DNA from: Eledone cirrhosa
Taxonomy: Eukaryota
Direction: 5' to 3'
Length of the DNA: 64,000 nucleotides
NCBI GenBank assembly: GCA_964016885.1
Contig: OZ024740.1
Coordinates: forward strand, 215,822,001 to 215,886,000
This document shows positions 43,214 through 59,930 of the stretch, piece by piece. The notes under the pieces are model-generated. The model was not told where the DNA came from and did not search any database. It saw nothing but the letters and a program-made list of their open reading frames with translations. The number at the start of each line of letters is the position of its first letter. Positions within the stretch are counted from its first letter, which is position 1. The position numbers and the translations under genes were made by a program.

Positions 43214-44099
43214 ATATATTAATAATAAATTATCGTTGTAATGTAATCAGATTATATAATTGTTATTTTATAAATGATCTTATAAATATTATTGTAAGAT
43301 GTATAAAAATATTTTCAGACTTTTAATATAAACAACTACAAAAAACAATCAATATTAAATAAATATATTTTACATAATTGTTATAGTTGAATTAATAAAA
43401 AAATAAATATTACATACAAATAGTCTAACATAATAATTAAAAAAATAATCTAACATAATAATAATAAAATAATCTAACATAAAACGAACAATAAAATGGA
43501 CAAGTAAATAATATACAAGTAAATATGACACAACCAATATTATAAGCATCTTATAACGAACAGAAAAAAAAAGATAGTTAATATAAATTTAAAAAATCAT
43601 ATATAAATTAACAATATAACTTACCAAAACGAGAAAAAATATTTTGATGATAAACGACGAAATACAGGAGGAAGATTCGAAAGAGAAACGATAAATAAAC
43701 GTGCAAACAAAGTGGCGGATGCTTTTGAGCAACAATTACTCTCATTGGTTGATTAGCCAATAAGACGATGAAATTAGCCAATAAGACGATACATTACAAA
43801 AGATGTTTGGCAGGGATCACCACGGCCAGTGAAACCCCTTGAATTTTTTATTCACAAGCTACACATATATGTCAGACATGCAGACTTAAAACATTCTGTT
43901 GTTAGTCACTGCGTGTCTAACAGATATATATTTATACACTTAACTGTTCTAACTAGCCACAGAATTTGATAAGATTAACTTACCAATCAAAACCGACAAT
44001 ATATAACAAAATTTAATTCTATTTAATGTAACAATTATAAAAATATTTATTCTGTCGGATTAAAGAAAAAAAAATCATCTTTAAATATCGCCCTGTACT

Positions 44100-44615
44100 T
44101 TTAATGTTGGGAAGGCTTGCAGGCATGGAGTGTTCTTGGTTATTTGGTGTGGAATCAAGAAACAGAAATAAGTTGTAACTTCTCCAATGTACTGAACTAG
44201 AACTTGCTACAAAAAATATATTCTTCCATTATAAACTGATACATAAATGTTCACGCATTCAGCCCAGGTCAAATAAGGGACTTCTCATAAAGTATATTAT
44301 TTGTCAATAACATGATATCCAGGGTATAAGAAAGACTAGGGTTTGCAGAGGTGCCGATTGTGACACAGATCATTATCTTACAAGATCTAAAGTTGCCCTT
44401 CTTATAACTCCAAAGGCTCGCAGAAATTTACAAGTGCGAACAAAGCACATTAATTGCTTTGCTTTGAGGATTCCTTCACAGTGTGAGGAAATGGGAAATA
44501 CTATTGATATAGTGGAATTTGGTGGAACATGGAAATATTTTAAAGACATTTACTATGTATCTCATGAAATATTAAGGGTTGTTATATGCAAGAAAAGAGA
44601 TTGGTTACAAGAAAA
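44100..44615 (+). pseudogene. Degenerate RTE-type LINE APE endonuclease fragment
   Basis: Translates to CTELELATKNIFF..QPRS...IKYIICQ*HD...TRVCRGADCDTDHYL, matching the conserved APE C-terminal xDH motif. Confidence 0.65.
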
Positions 44616-44985
44616 TAATGGTTTCTGAATAAGGCACAAGACCAGCAATTTTATGGGGAGGGGAAAGTCGATTAAATCGACCTCAGTACATTACTGGTAC
44701 TTTAATTTATCGAACCTGTAAGGATGAAAGGCCAAGCTAACATCGGCGGGATTTGAACTTAGAATGTACAGGGACGTAACTATATGCCGCAAGGCATGTT
44801 GTCCGACGCTCTACCGATACTGCCAATCCACCTCCCTTTATATTCAATAATGGTTTCTGATTTAGGTACAAGGCCAGCAATCTTCGATGAAGAGAAAGTC
44901 GATTAGATCGACCCTGTGTTTAACTGCTACTTTATCTTAACCCGTGAAAAATGAAGGGTAATGTTGACCATGACGGGATTTGAAC
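44615..44985 (-). mobile_element. Two SINE family 1 copies
   Basis: 44615-44838 is complete; 44848-44985 is degenerate. Confidence 0.8.
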
Positions 44986-45311
44986 AAGTGGCAATGTAAA
45001 CCTCGGAGTAAAACAGCAGTCAAGTTCAATTGATTGTTGTTATGATTAACTCTACTTGATGTTTGGATTACATTCCCCACCACCACTCTATCTTAGAATA
45101 GAATCGTTAGAGCGTCGTATGAAATGTTATATAGTATTTATTCTGAAACGTACAGACTTTTCTACACACACACACATATACACCCATTCCCACACACACA
45201 CGTACACGTACAGGTACATACACATATACACACACACTCTCACTCACACAACATGCATATATATATATATAAATATATATATGTATGTTTGTATATGTAT
45301 GTATTCATACA

Positions 45312-45410
<99 letters not shown>

Positions 45411-45418
45411 TCTCTCTC

Positions 45419-46331
45419 TCTATATATATAAAACAGAGGATGTCTGTCTGTCAGTCTGTGTAAATCCCTAAAACTCGAGAAGTACCCGACCGATTTTACT
45501 TTTTCTGCCCTAGGCAAAAAATCACATTTTAAAGGCATTTTAAGGCTTTTTTGAGGCGTAACTTAAAGATAATCCTGCCGATTTCCTCGAAATTTGCAGC
45601 ACACATTAGTTCGTCCCCTCGCATTGCCGTGGACAAAAAAAAAATTTCCGATTCCGTTAATAGTTTCTAGGAAATTTACGAATTAGCATTGGGCATTACA
45701 TTACATGCCATTTTCATTTTCAATATAAACGCTTTAAACATCGTAAGTAGTGTATAATATTTCGTTAAAAATTTGGTTTATTTAACAGAAGACACAACAC
45801 TTACTTACTTTTAAGCAGGACCATTTTTCGGGGGATGGAGAAAATGAGGAGGACCTAAAAAACTTTGTCGGCGCCCTGTTGACGCTTCGTGCTTTCATCA
45901 CGCGCAAATCCGGGCCCCGTATACGTTGCCGTGTTATTGACACCGTAAAACTCACGTCTGTGCTACACAGCAGTATGAACACTCTGCGCAAGTACGCCGA
46001 ACAGCGGTTGTGTTAATTCCGCGGTGACCCCTTTTGTCGCACCTTTGTTGCTGAGTAAACGCAGTACAACGAGTGCCGTCCAGCGTTTGTGCTAATTGCA
46101 CTATGACCCCCTTCTGCTGCAGCTGCGTTGCCACGCTGATTTCGTCATCTCAATATCCCTACTTAAACGTACATCCCTATTTGGTTTTCACACAATTGAC
46201 TACGTCGCTCCTCAATCATTCCCTGAATATAAGGGAATTCAAAAAGTACACAGCTACATTCCTCAATCTTTGCATATGCGTGTTGCTATTTCACGTTTCC
46301 TACCCCGTGCAACGACGGGTCCTGCTGCTAG
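45419..46331 (+). mobile_element. Non-autonomous Helitron (~910 bp)
   Basis: 5' TCTATATATATAAAACAGAG..(TGTC)n. 3' hairpin CCCGTGCAACGACGGG then CTGCTAG|T. Confidence 0.72.
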
Positions 46332-46565
46332 TGGGTAAATGCATTCGATGTTCAGAGAGAGGAATTGGCTCCGTGCAAAGCCTTTCCTCAATTAAAATAA
46401 CTTAAAGCACATTGATTGACATGTGACATTTTTTGCTTTGCATAGTATTGCTGGCCACAGGCAAGTCCATAACAGGAATAAAAAGCCATATCCGTGATGC
46501 TCATACTTAAGTTCCAAGCGATGGCATTACTCGAAATCGAGTTGCAGCCATCATGTATGTATGTG

Positions 46566-46640
<75 letters not shown>

Positions 46641-47806
46641 GTATGATTATATATGTATGTGTGTATGTATACTTATATGTATATATGTGAGTATGTATAC
46701 ATATATACATATATATATATATACATACATACATATATATATGTACACACACACACACATATATACACATATATATATGTACACACACACATACACACAC
46801 ACACATATCTATCTCTCTCGCTATATACATATATATTTATATATATATATACATACACACACACACACACTACACAAGCACACACACTACACAAGCACAC
46901 ACACACACACATACACACACATACACACATATATATAGTTAAACAATAATTTCGTATATTTAGTTACATATTTATAAATCTTATAAGATTGAAAAAAAAA
47001 AAATTCTTCTCCGAAATATTTAATAAGTTATTTATATTTATAGATTTTTATATTCAATCTAAATTTAAATCTATTTTATAGATTACTCTTACCTATTTAA
47101 TTATGTATAGTATTGATCCATTGATGAGGAAGTTACTACTCACGCTATTCACCGATCAATGATGGAGATGGAAACTATTTTTGATTCACTAATTTTGACG
47201 ACTTTAGCGAGGCATGAAGATCACAGAATCTCATTACTATATTTAAATTAGTCGCATTCAAGTGAGAAATTGGTGTTTCAAGAACAGTACAAATATATGG
47301 CCAGTTTGAGATGTCGGTTGTGGTTACTATTTTAGTTAGTTAGGGGACTGAAATACTGATGCGAGGGAGTGAGGGGTGGAGGGGAGAGATGGGGGGTGAG
47401 TGGGGGTGGGAGAGTGAGGGATGGGGAAATGAGAGATGGGGGTGAGGGATGGGGGAGTGATTGAAGGAGAGAGTGAGGGGTTGGGGTGAGTGAGGGATGG
47501 GGCAGTGATTGATGGGGAGAGTGAGGGGTTGGTGGGAAGGAGGGGGGAGTGAAGGAGGGGGGGGGAGGAATGGGGAGAATGAGAGATGTAGGAATGAGGG
47601 ATGGAGAGTGGAAGGTATCCTCAAACCAGATATCTAACCAGAATGCTTAAAACGGAGCAGATCCTGCTAAAGTCAATCAAGGGTCAGGTGATAGATTAGA
47701 TCTACCTGGAAATTAGGCAACAGTGGGATTTGAACTCGTAAAGAGACGGGATAAATACCACAAGGTATTCCAACCAACGATCTAACAATTCCTCACCTAC
47801 ATCTAC

Positions 47807-48960
47807 CACAGATGTGGTGTTACTGTATTTACCAGACCTGGCACAGATGTGGTGTTACTGTATTTACCAGACCTGGCACAGATGTGGTGTTACTGTATTT
47901 ACCAGACCTGGCACAGATGTGGTGTTACTGTATTTACCAGACCAGACACAGATGTGGTGTTACTGTATTTACCAGACCAGACACAGATGTGGTGTTACTG
48001 TATACAAGTGTTTACCAGGACAAACCTGACCTGACCTGACCAGACACAGGTGTGCTCTTCTGTATACAATTATTTGCCCAGCCAGACACAAATACGTTGC
48101 TTCTGTATACTGTTATTTTCTTGGCCAGAAACATGTGGGTTTTTATTGTGTAAAGGTATTTATCAAGTCAGAGACAGGTAAGCTGTTTTGTGAACATGTA
48201 TTTACCTGGCTAGAGGCAGGTGGGTTGTTACTGTGTACAGAGACATACCTGATCAGATATAGATTCGTTGCTACTTTGTAAAGATATCTTCCTGTCCAAA
48301 TACATGTGGATTGCTACTGCGTAGAGATATCTTCCTGGCCAAATACAGGTGGATTGCTACTATATAAAGATACATTCCTAGCCAAATATTTGTGGATTTC
48401 TGTGTAAAGATATATTCCTGGCCAATTACATATAGATTGCTACTGTCTAGAGATATATTCCTGGCCAAATACATGTGGATCGTTACTGTGTAGAGATATC
48501 TTCCTAGCCAATTACATGTAGATTGCTACTTTGTAGCGATATTTTCCTGGCCAAATACAGCTGGGTTGCTACTATGTAGAGATATATTCCTAGCCAAATA
48601 CTTGTGGATTTCTCTGTAAAGATATATTCCTAGCCAATTACATGTAGATATATTTTACTGGCCAAACACAGGTGGGTTGCGTTGCTACTTCCTGGCTAAT
48701 TGCATGTGGATTGTTACTGTGTAGAAATATTTTCCTGGTGAAATACATGTGGATCGCTACTATGTAGAGATATCTTCCTGGCCAAATACTGTTGGATTGC
48801 TACTATGTAGAGATATCTTCCTGGCCAAATAATGTTGGATTGCTACTATGTAGAGATATCTTCCTGGCCAAATACTGCTGGGTCGCTACTATGTAGAGAT
48901 ATCTTCCTCGCCAAATACACGTGGATTGCTACTGCGTAGAGATAGCCAATTACATTTGGG
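47807..48960 (+). repeat. Compound minisatellite: 35-bp unit grading into a ~44-bp unit
   Basis: CACAGATGTGGTGTTACTGTATTTACCAGACCTGG x~5, then GTAGAGATATCTTCCTGGCCAAATACATGTGGATTGCTACTAT-like units. Confidence 0.85.
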
Positions 48961-49421
48961 TTGGTTACTAAGAACCTAATCTACATTTGGTGAAATTTGA
49001 ACAGGACGTGGATTACTATTGTTGTGAGATTTGTGACATTTTATTTTACCGTAGTGTAGGAATGACTTCGCCGTTGAATATGATAGGAATTACATCTTGG
49101 GGCAGTCATTTTAGCCCTTAAAAAATAATAACACATGCACATTATAGTATGATATTATATTAACTTTTCACGTATTTCGCGTGCGACCTGGTCAGTGACA
49201 CAATTCCACTGCAACTGTGAAAATGAATGAAATATTGTTAAGTAAAATGTTTGTTACTTTCTCGGCACGACATTCACTTCTTCTATACTTACTGAACTAC
49301 TAAGGGCTCCCATTTTTAGGGGAGAACAACTATATTTCACGTGAATTTTAATCATTTTTTTTAAAAATGGGGTTACAATAGTTTTACGTTAATTGAACTG
49401 GTCATTAGCGTTCAAATCCGG

Positions 49422-50075
49422 TCCTCCTCCTCCTCCTCCTCCTCCTCCTCCTTCTTCTTCTTCTTCTTCTTCTTCTTCTTCTTCTTCTTCTTCTTCTTCT
49501 TCTTCTTCTTTTTCTTCTTCTTCTTCTTCCCCCTTTTTCTTTTTCTTTTTCTTCTTTTCCTTCTGTTTTCTTTTTCTTTTTCTTCTTTTTTTCTTCTTTC
49601 TCTTCTTTTTCTTCTTTTTTCTTCTTTTTTCTTTTTCTTTTTTTTTCTTCTTTTTCCTTTTTTCTTTTTTTTCTTGTTTCTCTTCTTTTCCTTTTTCTTC
49701 TTTTTTCTTCTTTTTCTTTTTCTTTTTCTTCTTTTCTTTTTTCCTTCTTTTTCTTCTTTTACTTTTTTTCTTTTTCTTCTTTTTCTTCTTTTTCTTCTTT
49801 TTCTTCTTTTTCTTCTTTTTCTTCTTTTTCCTTCTTTTTTCTTCTTCTTTCTCTTCTTTCTCTTCTTTTTTCTTTTTTCTTTTTTCTTTTTTCTTTTTCT
49901 TCTTTTCTTCTTCTTTCCCTCCTTTTTTCTTCTTTTCTTCTTTTTTCTTCTTTTCCTTTTCTTCCTTTTTCTTCTTTTCTTCTTTTTTTATTCTTTTTCA
50001 TTTTCTTCTTATTTTTCTTCTCTTTCTTTTTTTCCTTCTATTTTTTTCTTCTTTTGTTTCTTTTTCTTCTTCTTT
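49422..50075. repeat. (CCT)/(CTT)/(TTTTTC) polypyrimidine tract
   Basis: Direct inspection. Confidence 0.95.
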
Positions 50076-50642
50076 CTGGAAGAAACCACCCCCCGGGTTG
50101 AAATCTGTAAAAGAGACTATCACAACCATCTTTAAAACTCCAGCAAATATCCCCCGACGGAGTTCTTTATGACTCCAACAGAGGTTGAGGACACCACTGG
50201 AAACCAATGAACATCTCTTAATTGCCATGGATACAAAAGCGGCATCAGATTCTATATTTATATCAACTTCACACACTACCAATATTGTTAGCAAATTCTC
50301 GGGAGTCTCCAAGACTGACCAGATAGTTCCCTAAGGAATTTATTTGTCTGACGGAAGACAATATGGCCGTCATTGTCTTGTTTCCTTATTTACACAGAAG
50401 CGTATTTTTTTTTACGCATTTTTATTCAATTGCATACGATTATCTTTATATATATGTGAGTAAGTTTATAGGTATGTATAATAATAGGTAGCTAGCTATG
50501 TGTTTATATATATATTTGCGTATATCTTTATAAAAAGAACAATGCATATTATATACATATATAATGTGTATATACATATATGTATATATATTTTTGTATA
50601 TATATATTGGGTATATTTTATCTGACTGTTCTTCAAACTTAC

Positions 50643-50699
<57 letters not shown>

Positions 50700-50907
50700 A
50701 ATATATATATATATATATAAAAATATACATATGTGTGTGTGTATGTATGTGTAACACATATATATATATAAACATTAACATTAATGCTGATATTTCATTA
50801 AGTATGAAACAAATATGTTAACACACACACACACACGTGCATACACTCATGCACACACATTATATGATTATATGGACACACACTAAAACGACATACACGC
50901 ACACACA

Positions 50908-50966
<59 letters not shown>

Positions 50967-51051
50967 CTGTATGCATTTACATTTTTTTATATATATATAT
51001 GATTATATATATATATATATATAATTGTATGTATATATATATGTGTGTAGT

Positions 51052-51301
51052 ACCTTTGCTCACTATAAAAGCTTCACAGCACAGGCATTGCTTTATATCT
51101 GGAGATCTCTCTGCACTTGTCGTCACATGGTACCATGGGCCCAGCACTGTGTGTCAATAATTGTCACAGGTGTAGTGTTTGTACCAGAGTTTTCAAGTCG
51201 CTGGCTGGACTAGAAAGTCACACTCGTTCAGTGCATCGGTAGGAGTTCTCCTACATGGATATAAAGTAGTGGCCGTACTCGAAAACGAGTTGGCAGCCAC
51301 C

Positions 51302-51303
<2 letters not shown>
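51052..51303 (+). mobile_element. RTE-derived non-autonomous element, 3' fragment
   Basis: Matches 21481-21730. Confidence 0.75.
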
Positions 51304-51386
<83 letters not shown>

Positions 51387-51589
51387 ATGTATATATATAT
51401 ATGTATGTATATATATATATGTATATATATATATGTATGTATATATATATATATGTGTGTGTGAGTGTGTGTGTGTGCGTGTATATATATATTTGTATAT
51501 ATATGTATGCATGTCTGTGATGTATGTATATAAATATATATATTATATATATATATATATACCCGCCGAAATGCGATTCGAAACGCTGA

Positions 51590-51672
<83 letters not shown>

Positions 51673-52049
51673 ATATATATTATATATATATATATGTATA
51701 TATATATATACATATATATATATGTATGTGAATATGTATGTATATATATCTATATGTGTGTATGTATGTGTATGCCCACGCACACACACTCACACACACA
51801 CTCACACAAACATACACATACACACACATATATATATACACACACACGTCTATTTGTGTGCATCATTTGAAGAGCAGGCAGCATCGTTCGGTTGTCAGCA
51901 GCGAGTTAGACGGCAACAATACTTTGTATTGTTAACTGACCTGCAATATGGCTGGGGTCAGATTTACATACTGGATCGATATATGAAACGGTCTGGTCAG
52001 TTGTGGTGGTGGTGTGTAAAGAATGAGACCAGTGCATACGGTCTGACCA

Positions 52050-54281
<2,232 letters not shown>

Positions 54282-54369
54282 TATAAAAAGAAATCGCTAA
54301 AGAAAACTATTTTTGTTTGAGACAAGATAGACATTACTGAAATAGAAGAGGAAACCTATGTAGTCTCTC

Positions 54370-55790
54370 ACTACCACTGACCACCGATGACCACCACTAC
54401 CACCACTGACCAGAGATTATTTACCACTGACCACCACTACTACCACCACTACCACTACTACTACCACCACTACCACTACTACTACCACCACTACCCCCAC
54501 TGACTAGAGATTATTTACCACTGACCACCACTACCACCACTGACCGGAGATTATTTACCACTGACCACCATTACTACCACCGCTACCACTACTACCACTG
54601 ACCAGAGATTATTTACCACTGACCACCACTACTACTACCACCACTACCCCCAGTGACCAGAGATTATTTACCACTGACCATCACTACCAACCATGACCAG
54701 AGATTATTTACCACTGACCACCACTACCACTACTACTACCACCACTACCACCACTGACCAGAGATTATTTACCACTGACCACCACTACCACCACTGACCA
54801 GAGATTATTTACCACTGACCACCACTACCACCACTGACCAGAGATTATTTACCACTGACCACCACTACCACCACTGACCAGAGATTATTTACCACTGACC
54901 ACCACTACCACCACTGACCAGAGATTATTTACCACTGACCACAACTATCACCACTGACCACCACTACCACCACTGACCAGAGATTATTTACCACTACCAC
55001 CACTGACCAGAGATTATTTACCACTGACCACCACTACCACCACTGACCAGAGATTATTTACCACTGACCACAATAATCACGACTGACCACCACTACTAAC
55101 ACTGACCAGAGATTATTTACCACTACCACCACTGACCAGAGATTATTTACCACTGACCACCACTACCATCACTGACCAGAGATTATTTACCACTGACCAC
55201 CACTACCATCACTGACCAGAGATTATTTACCACTGACCATCACTACCAACCATGACCAGAGATTATTTTCCACTGACCACAACTATCACGACTGACCACC
55301 ACTACTACCACTGACCAGAGATTATTTATCACTGACCACCACTACTACTACCACTACCACTACTACTACCACCACTACCCCCACTGACCAGAGATTATTT
55401 ACCGCTGACCACCACTACCATCACTGCCAGAGATTATTGACCTCTGACCACCACTACCACTACTACTACTACCACTGACCAGAGATTATTTACCACTGAC
55501 CACCACTACCACCACTGACCAGAGATTATTTACCACCTACCACCACTACTACCACCATTGACAAGAGATTATTAACCACTGACCATCACTACCACCACTG
55601 ACCAGAGATTATTTACCACTGACCACCACTACCACCACTGACCAGAGATTATTTACCACCTACCACCACTACTACCACCATTGACAAGAGATTATTGACC
55701 ACTGACCATCACTACCACCACTGACCAGAGATTATTTACCACTGACCACCACTACCACTACTACTACCACCACTACCCCCACTACCACCA
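54370..55790 (+). repeat. ~40-bp minisatellite ACCACTGACCAGAGATTATTTACCACTGACCACCACTACC with variable (ACC/ACT) spacers
   Basis: More than 25 occurrences of GAGATTATT. Confidence 0.92.
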
Positions 55791-56159
55791 CAACCATCAC
55801 TACTACTACTATTACTACTGCTGAAGATGATGGTGGTGATGGTGATAGTGTTGATGATGATTGTGGTGGTGGTGGTGATGGTGGTGATGGTGATGGTGGT
55901 GATGATGATGGTGGTGGTGGTGGTGAGAATGATGATGATGGTGGTGGTGGTACAGTGGTGGTGGTTGTGATGGTAATGGTGATGATTAAGATGGTAGTGG
56001 TGATGGTTGTGATGGTGTGGTGGTAATAGTGGTGACAGTGGTAGTAGTTGTGGTGGTGGTGGTGGTACAGTGGTAGTGTTGGTAAGGTTGGAGGGTCATG
56101 AGGGAAGTGTTGATGAAATTTCGGCTGCAGTTTCTTGTCAGTTCATTTTCACACCAATC

Positions 56160-56688
56160 TTTATGAAATTTCACTGTCGACAGACAGAACTCACAAAACT
56201 CGGTCTACTTATCTATCTAAAACGAAAGGCAGCCAGTTTTCCTGTGTATAGTGGCTATGGTAAAAGTGGTTATATGGTGGACGAGATTGAGAGGATTGAG
56301 GACAGATGCCTTTCTCTCCGGACAACTAACTCATTCCCTTCTTTAGGTACCACTTTACAAGGAGAATCAAGAGTGGAGAGAGAGAGAGGCACTGCACTCC
56401 AGTAAATTTACTGAAAGGTGGGTGAATGTAGCAAAAATGGCCCGAGTGATTGGGCCTTCTCTGTATATAAACCTGTAGGTTGAAGAAGAGAGCAAAAGGA
56501 GTTGAGGGTTGTTCTATCTACGGGGTATTAAACAACCCATTTGTAACGCCCCCCCCCCCACCCTATTGGGGATTTCGATTGTTAAATTTGTTTGTATTAA
56601 TAATATTTTTACACGACTGTATATAAAATCCCCGGCATATGTCTTTGTATTGTCCCCTTTTTTGTGCGCCCTTGTGGCAAATAAAGAA

Positions 56689-56765
<77 letters not shown>
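56160..56765 (+). mobile_element. L1/Tx1-like LINE 3' end with (ATCT)n tail
   Basis: Degenerate ORF2 C-terminus FLCIVAMVKVVIWWTRL...RRIRVERE...KFTERW. The 3' UTR ends AATAAAGAA(ATCT)n. Confidence 0.55.
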
Positions 56766-56882
56766 CACACATAACAAACATACACACATGCACGTATAAT
56801 TGTTTACATATATAAACAATGAAGAACGTGCTAATACAATGACCAGTCATGAAAACACAACTATGGACCACTAGGGAGAGAA

Positions 56883-57645
<763 letters not shown>

Positions 57646-59930
57646 AGCGGTGCCCCAGCATGGGTGCAGTTTAATGACTGAAACTAGTGTAAGAATATAA
57701 AAGAATATATAAATATATATCCAGGGAGTCTAGCATGAACTTACTGTAGGTTCACCCAGGTGAGCACTCGATGTTCATTCTGTCATTACAACAGCAGAGG
57801 TCCGACAAAAAGGGTTTTATTTACAGTATTAACAATTGTTTCAATGATCAGGTGAGTCTAAAGGCCGCTGATCACTCGAAATGGCGTCACTAGACCTTAA
57901 ATACAGTGTGTGTCTCTGATCAAATCATCGGAATATTGGAGGGTGTAACAGATGGCATTGGTATTTATAGATACATCGGAGAATCAAGTGAATGAAAACA
58001 ATAACATCAATAATAAAAGATAATAAACAATAATAAAAGTATAAAGAAGTAAAAATGCAAATGATAAAGATGTAAAAAAATAAGTTAAAAATAAGTACAA
58101 AATACGGTTACTGATAATAGTAGTGGTGGTGGTGGTAGTTGAAGTTATAATGGTGAGTAAGTGGATGTATAAAATAGTGATGACAGAAATACGCAATATA
58201 TGATATGTAGTGTATTGAGTTCTTGAATTGGCAAAATGAAAATGCAAGAGGTACAATAAAATATGAGAGGATTAAATAAAAAATAAAAGTAAGAGAGAAA
58301 GAGATAAGGAACAGGAGATAGAAAATAAGAATAAGGATTCGAGGATGAGACATAAAGGGTAGGACTAAGGACGGGGAAGCAGTAGATAGATAGAAAATAA
58401 AAAGTGAAAGAGGCAGTGATGATATATAGGTGATTAAGGTCTGGTAGACTGATTGTTTTATCTTAATGGAGGTGATGCGGCTACAGAGAGAGAGAGAGTG
58501 AAAGAAGGGTTGGGAGATTCATGATGTTGATTTAATGATCAGTTGGTCAGTTGACAGCTAATAACAGTGGAGTGGTGTGAAGCTAGTACATTTAAATCCG
58601 GGTGGTTTTGACTGAATTCCGAGATTGCTGGATCGAATCATGCCTGTTGTGGTTTGAAGTTAGAGAATTTGGTGGCTGCTTTGTGCCTACAGAAGATTGT
58701 TCCCTCTATCTTATTATTAAGTAGCATTTTATCATATTTTAAAATATGGAGCAGCTCCATACTGCATAGTCCGCAGTGGGACATTCCACTTTTGTAGGGA
58801 CCTTGCATAACTTCGACCAGCTAATCTCATATTCCTGGTTGATGCCAGATCTTATTGACCAGCGTCGTTGTATTCTCAAGTCTACGGTTTTTATACTGAA
58901 TGCCTATGCACATACCATAATTTTTTGAAATCTCCAACTGTAGCACCTATGTAGTGCCATGCTAGGTTTCCAGATTTGATAGTACACAGGTTCACTATAC
59001 TTGATTCTTGGCATCTATTCTGTAGTGGGCATTTTTCCGATAGGTGGCAGTTACATTTGGAGGTCTTCCTGTGTGCAAGTTCTCCGTTGCGGATCTGTAT
59101 GTTGTTAGGGATGGGCTGAGATTTAGGTTTATGTGTGTTTTGTTGCGATGTGCCCTGGCGTGTGGGTGGTTGTGATGTTGTTATGTGTTTGCGTTTTGTA
59201 TTTGGTGTATGTTGGTAGATTACTTTCCTTAGAGATTCTTTTATAGTTGATTTTATGTATGTGTGATTCTATGTTGGCTGCACTAGAGAGTTTGATAGTT
59301 TTTCTGTTAAAGTTTCTATGGTATTTGTGTAGTTTAGGGAAGTGTTTGTCAATTAATTTAAAGAATGTAGAAGGTATGTTGCTTTTTATAGAAGAGTTGA
59401 AGATTGGATTGAACCATAAATATTTCCCATCTCTGGATTTTCTGGAGTTTCTAGGGGTCCCTATATTAGTGTTCGGTTCGGCTATTTCGCGTGCTCGTTG
59501 CCTATTTCCATGTTTAGTTCTATATTTGTTATTCCTATAGGTGCGGTTGTGTAGTTGTCGTTAGGTTTGTAGTTGCTGTCTCTACCGGGTATGTATTTGA
59601 GCCCCTACTTATGGCCTGCCTTGTGTAAAGCTATGTTATAGTAGTTTGCGTGTTCATTGAAAATTTCTAGGTTAGAAGATAGGCGGGATATTGTAAGGGA
59701 TATACTATGTGCTATCGAGTTAATTATGGTGCGAGAGGGGGTGGGTGAGTTATAATTAATGTAGGCTAGATTCTCGTTATTTTTATGGAAAGGCTCTATT
59801 AGTCCTGTGTTTAGGTTGAGCGTTACATCTAAGAAGTCTGCTTTTTTAGAGTTAAGTTCGAAAGTGATATCTAGGCCTAGTTTATTGAAGAAGACTGATG
59901 TTTTTACGTAGTCTTCCCATGCTTTGATTA

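Noticed and set aside
49393-50172. 259-aa Phe/Ser-rich ORF
   Set aside because: A polypyrimidine microsatellite artefact.
50170-50330. Possible LINE RT remnant (LLIAMDTKAASDSI)
   Set aside because: A single short motif with no supporting neighbouring motifs.
54370-55790. CRISPR-like appearance (constant GACCAGAGATTATTTACCAC with variable spacers)
   Set aside because: The spacers are low-complexity ACC/ACT variants of each other, the context is eukaryotic and there are no cas genes.
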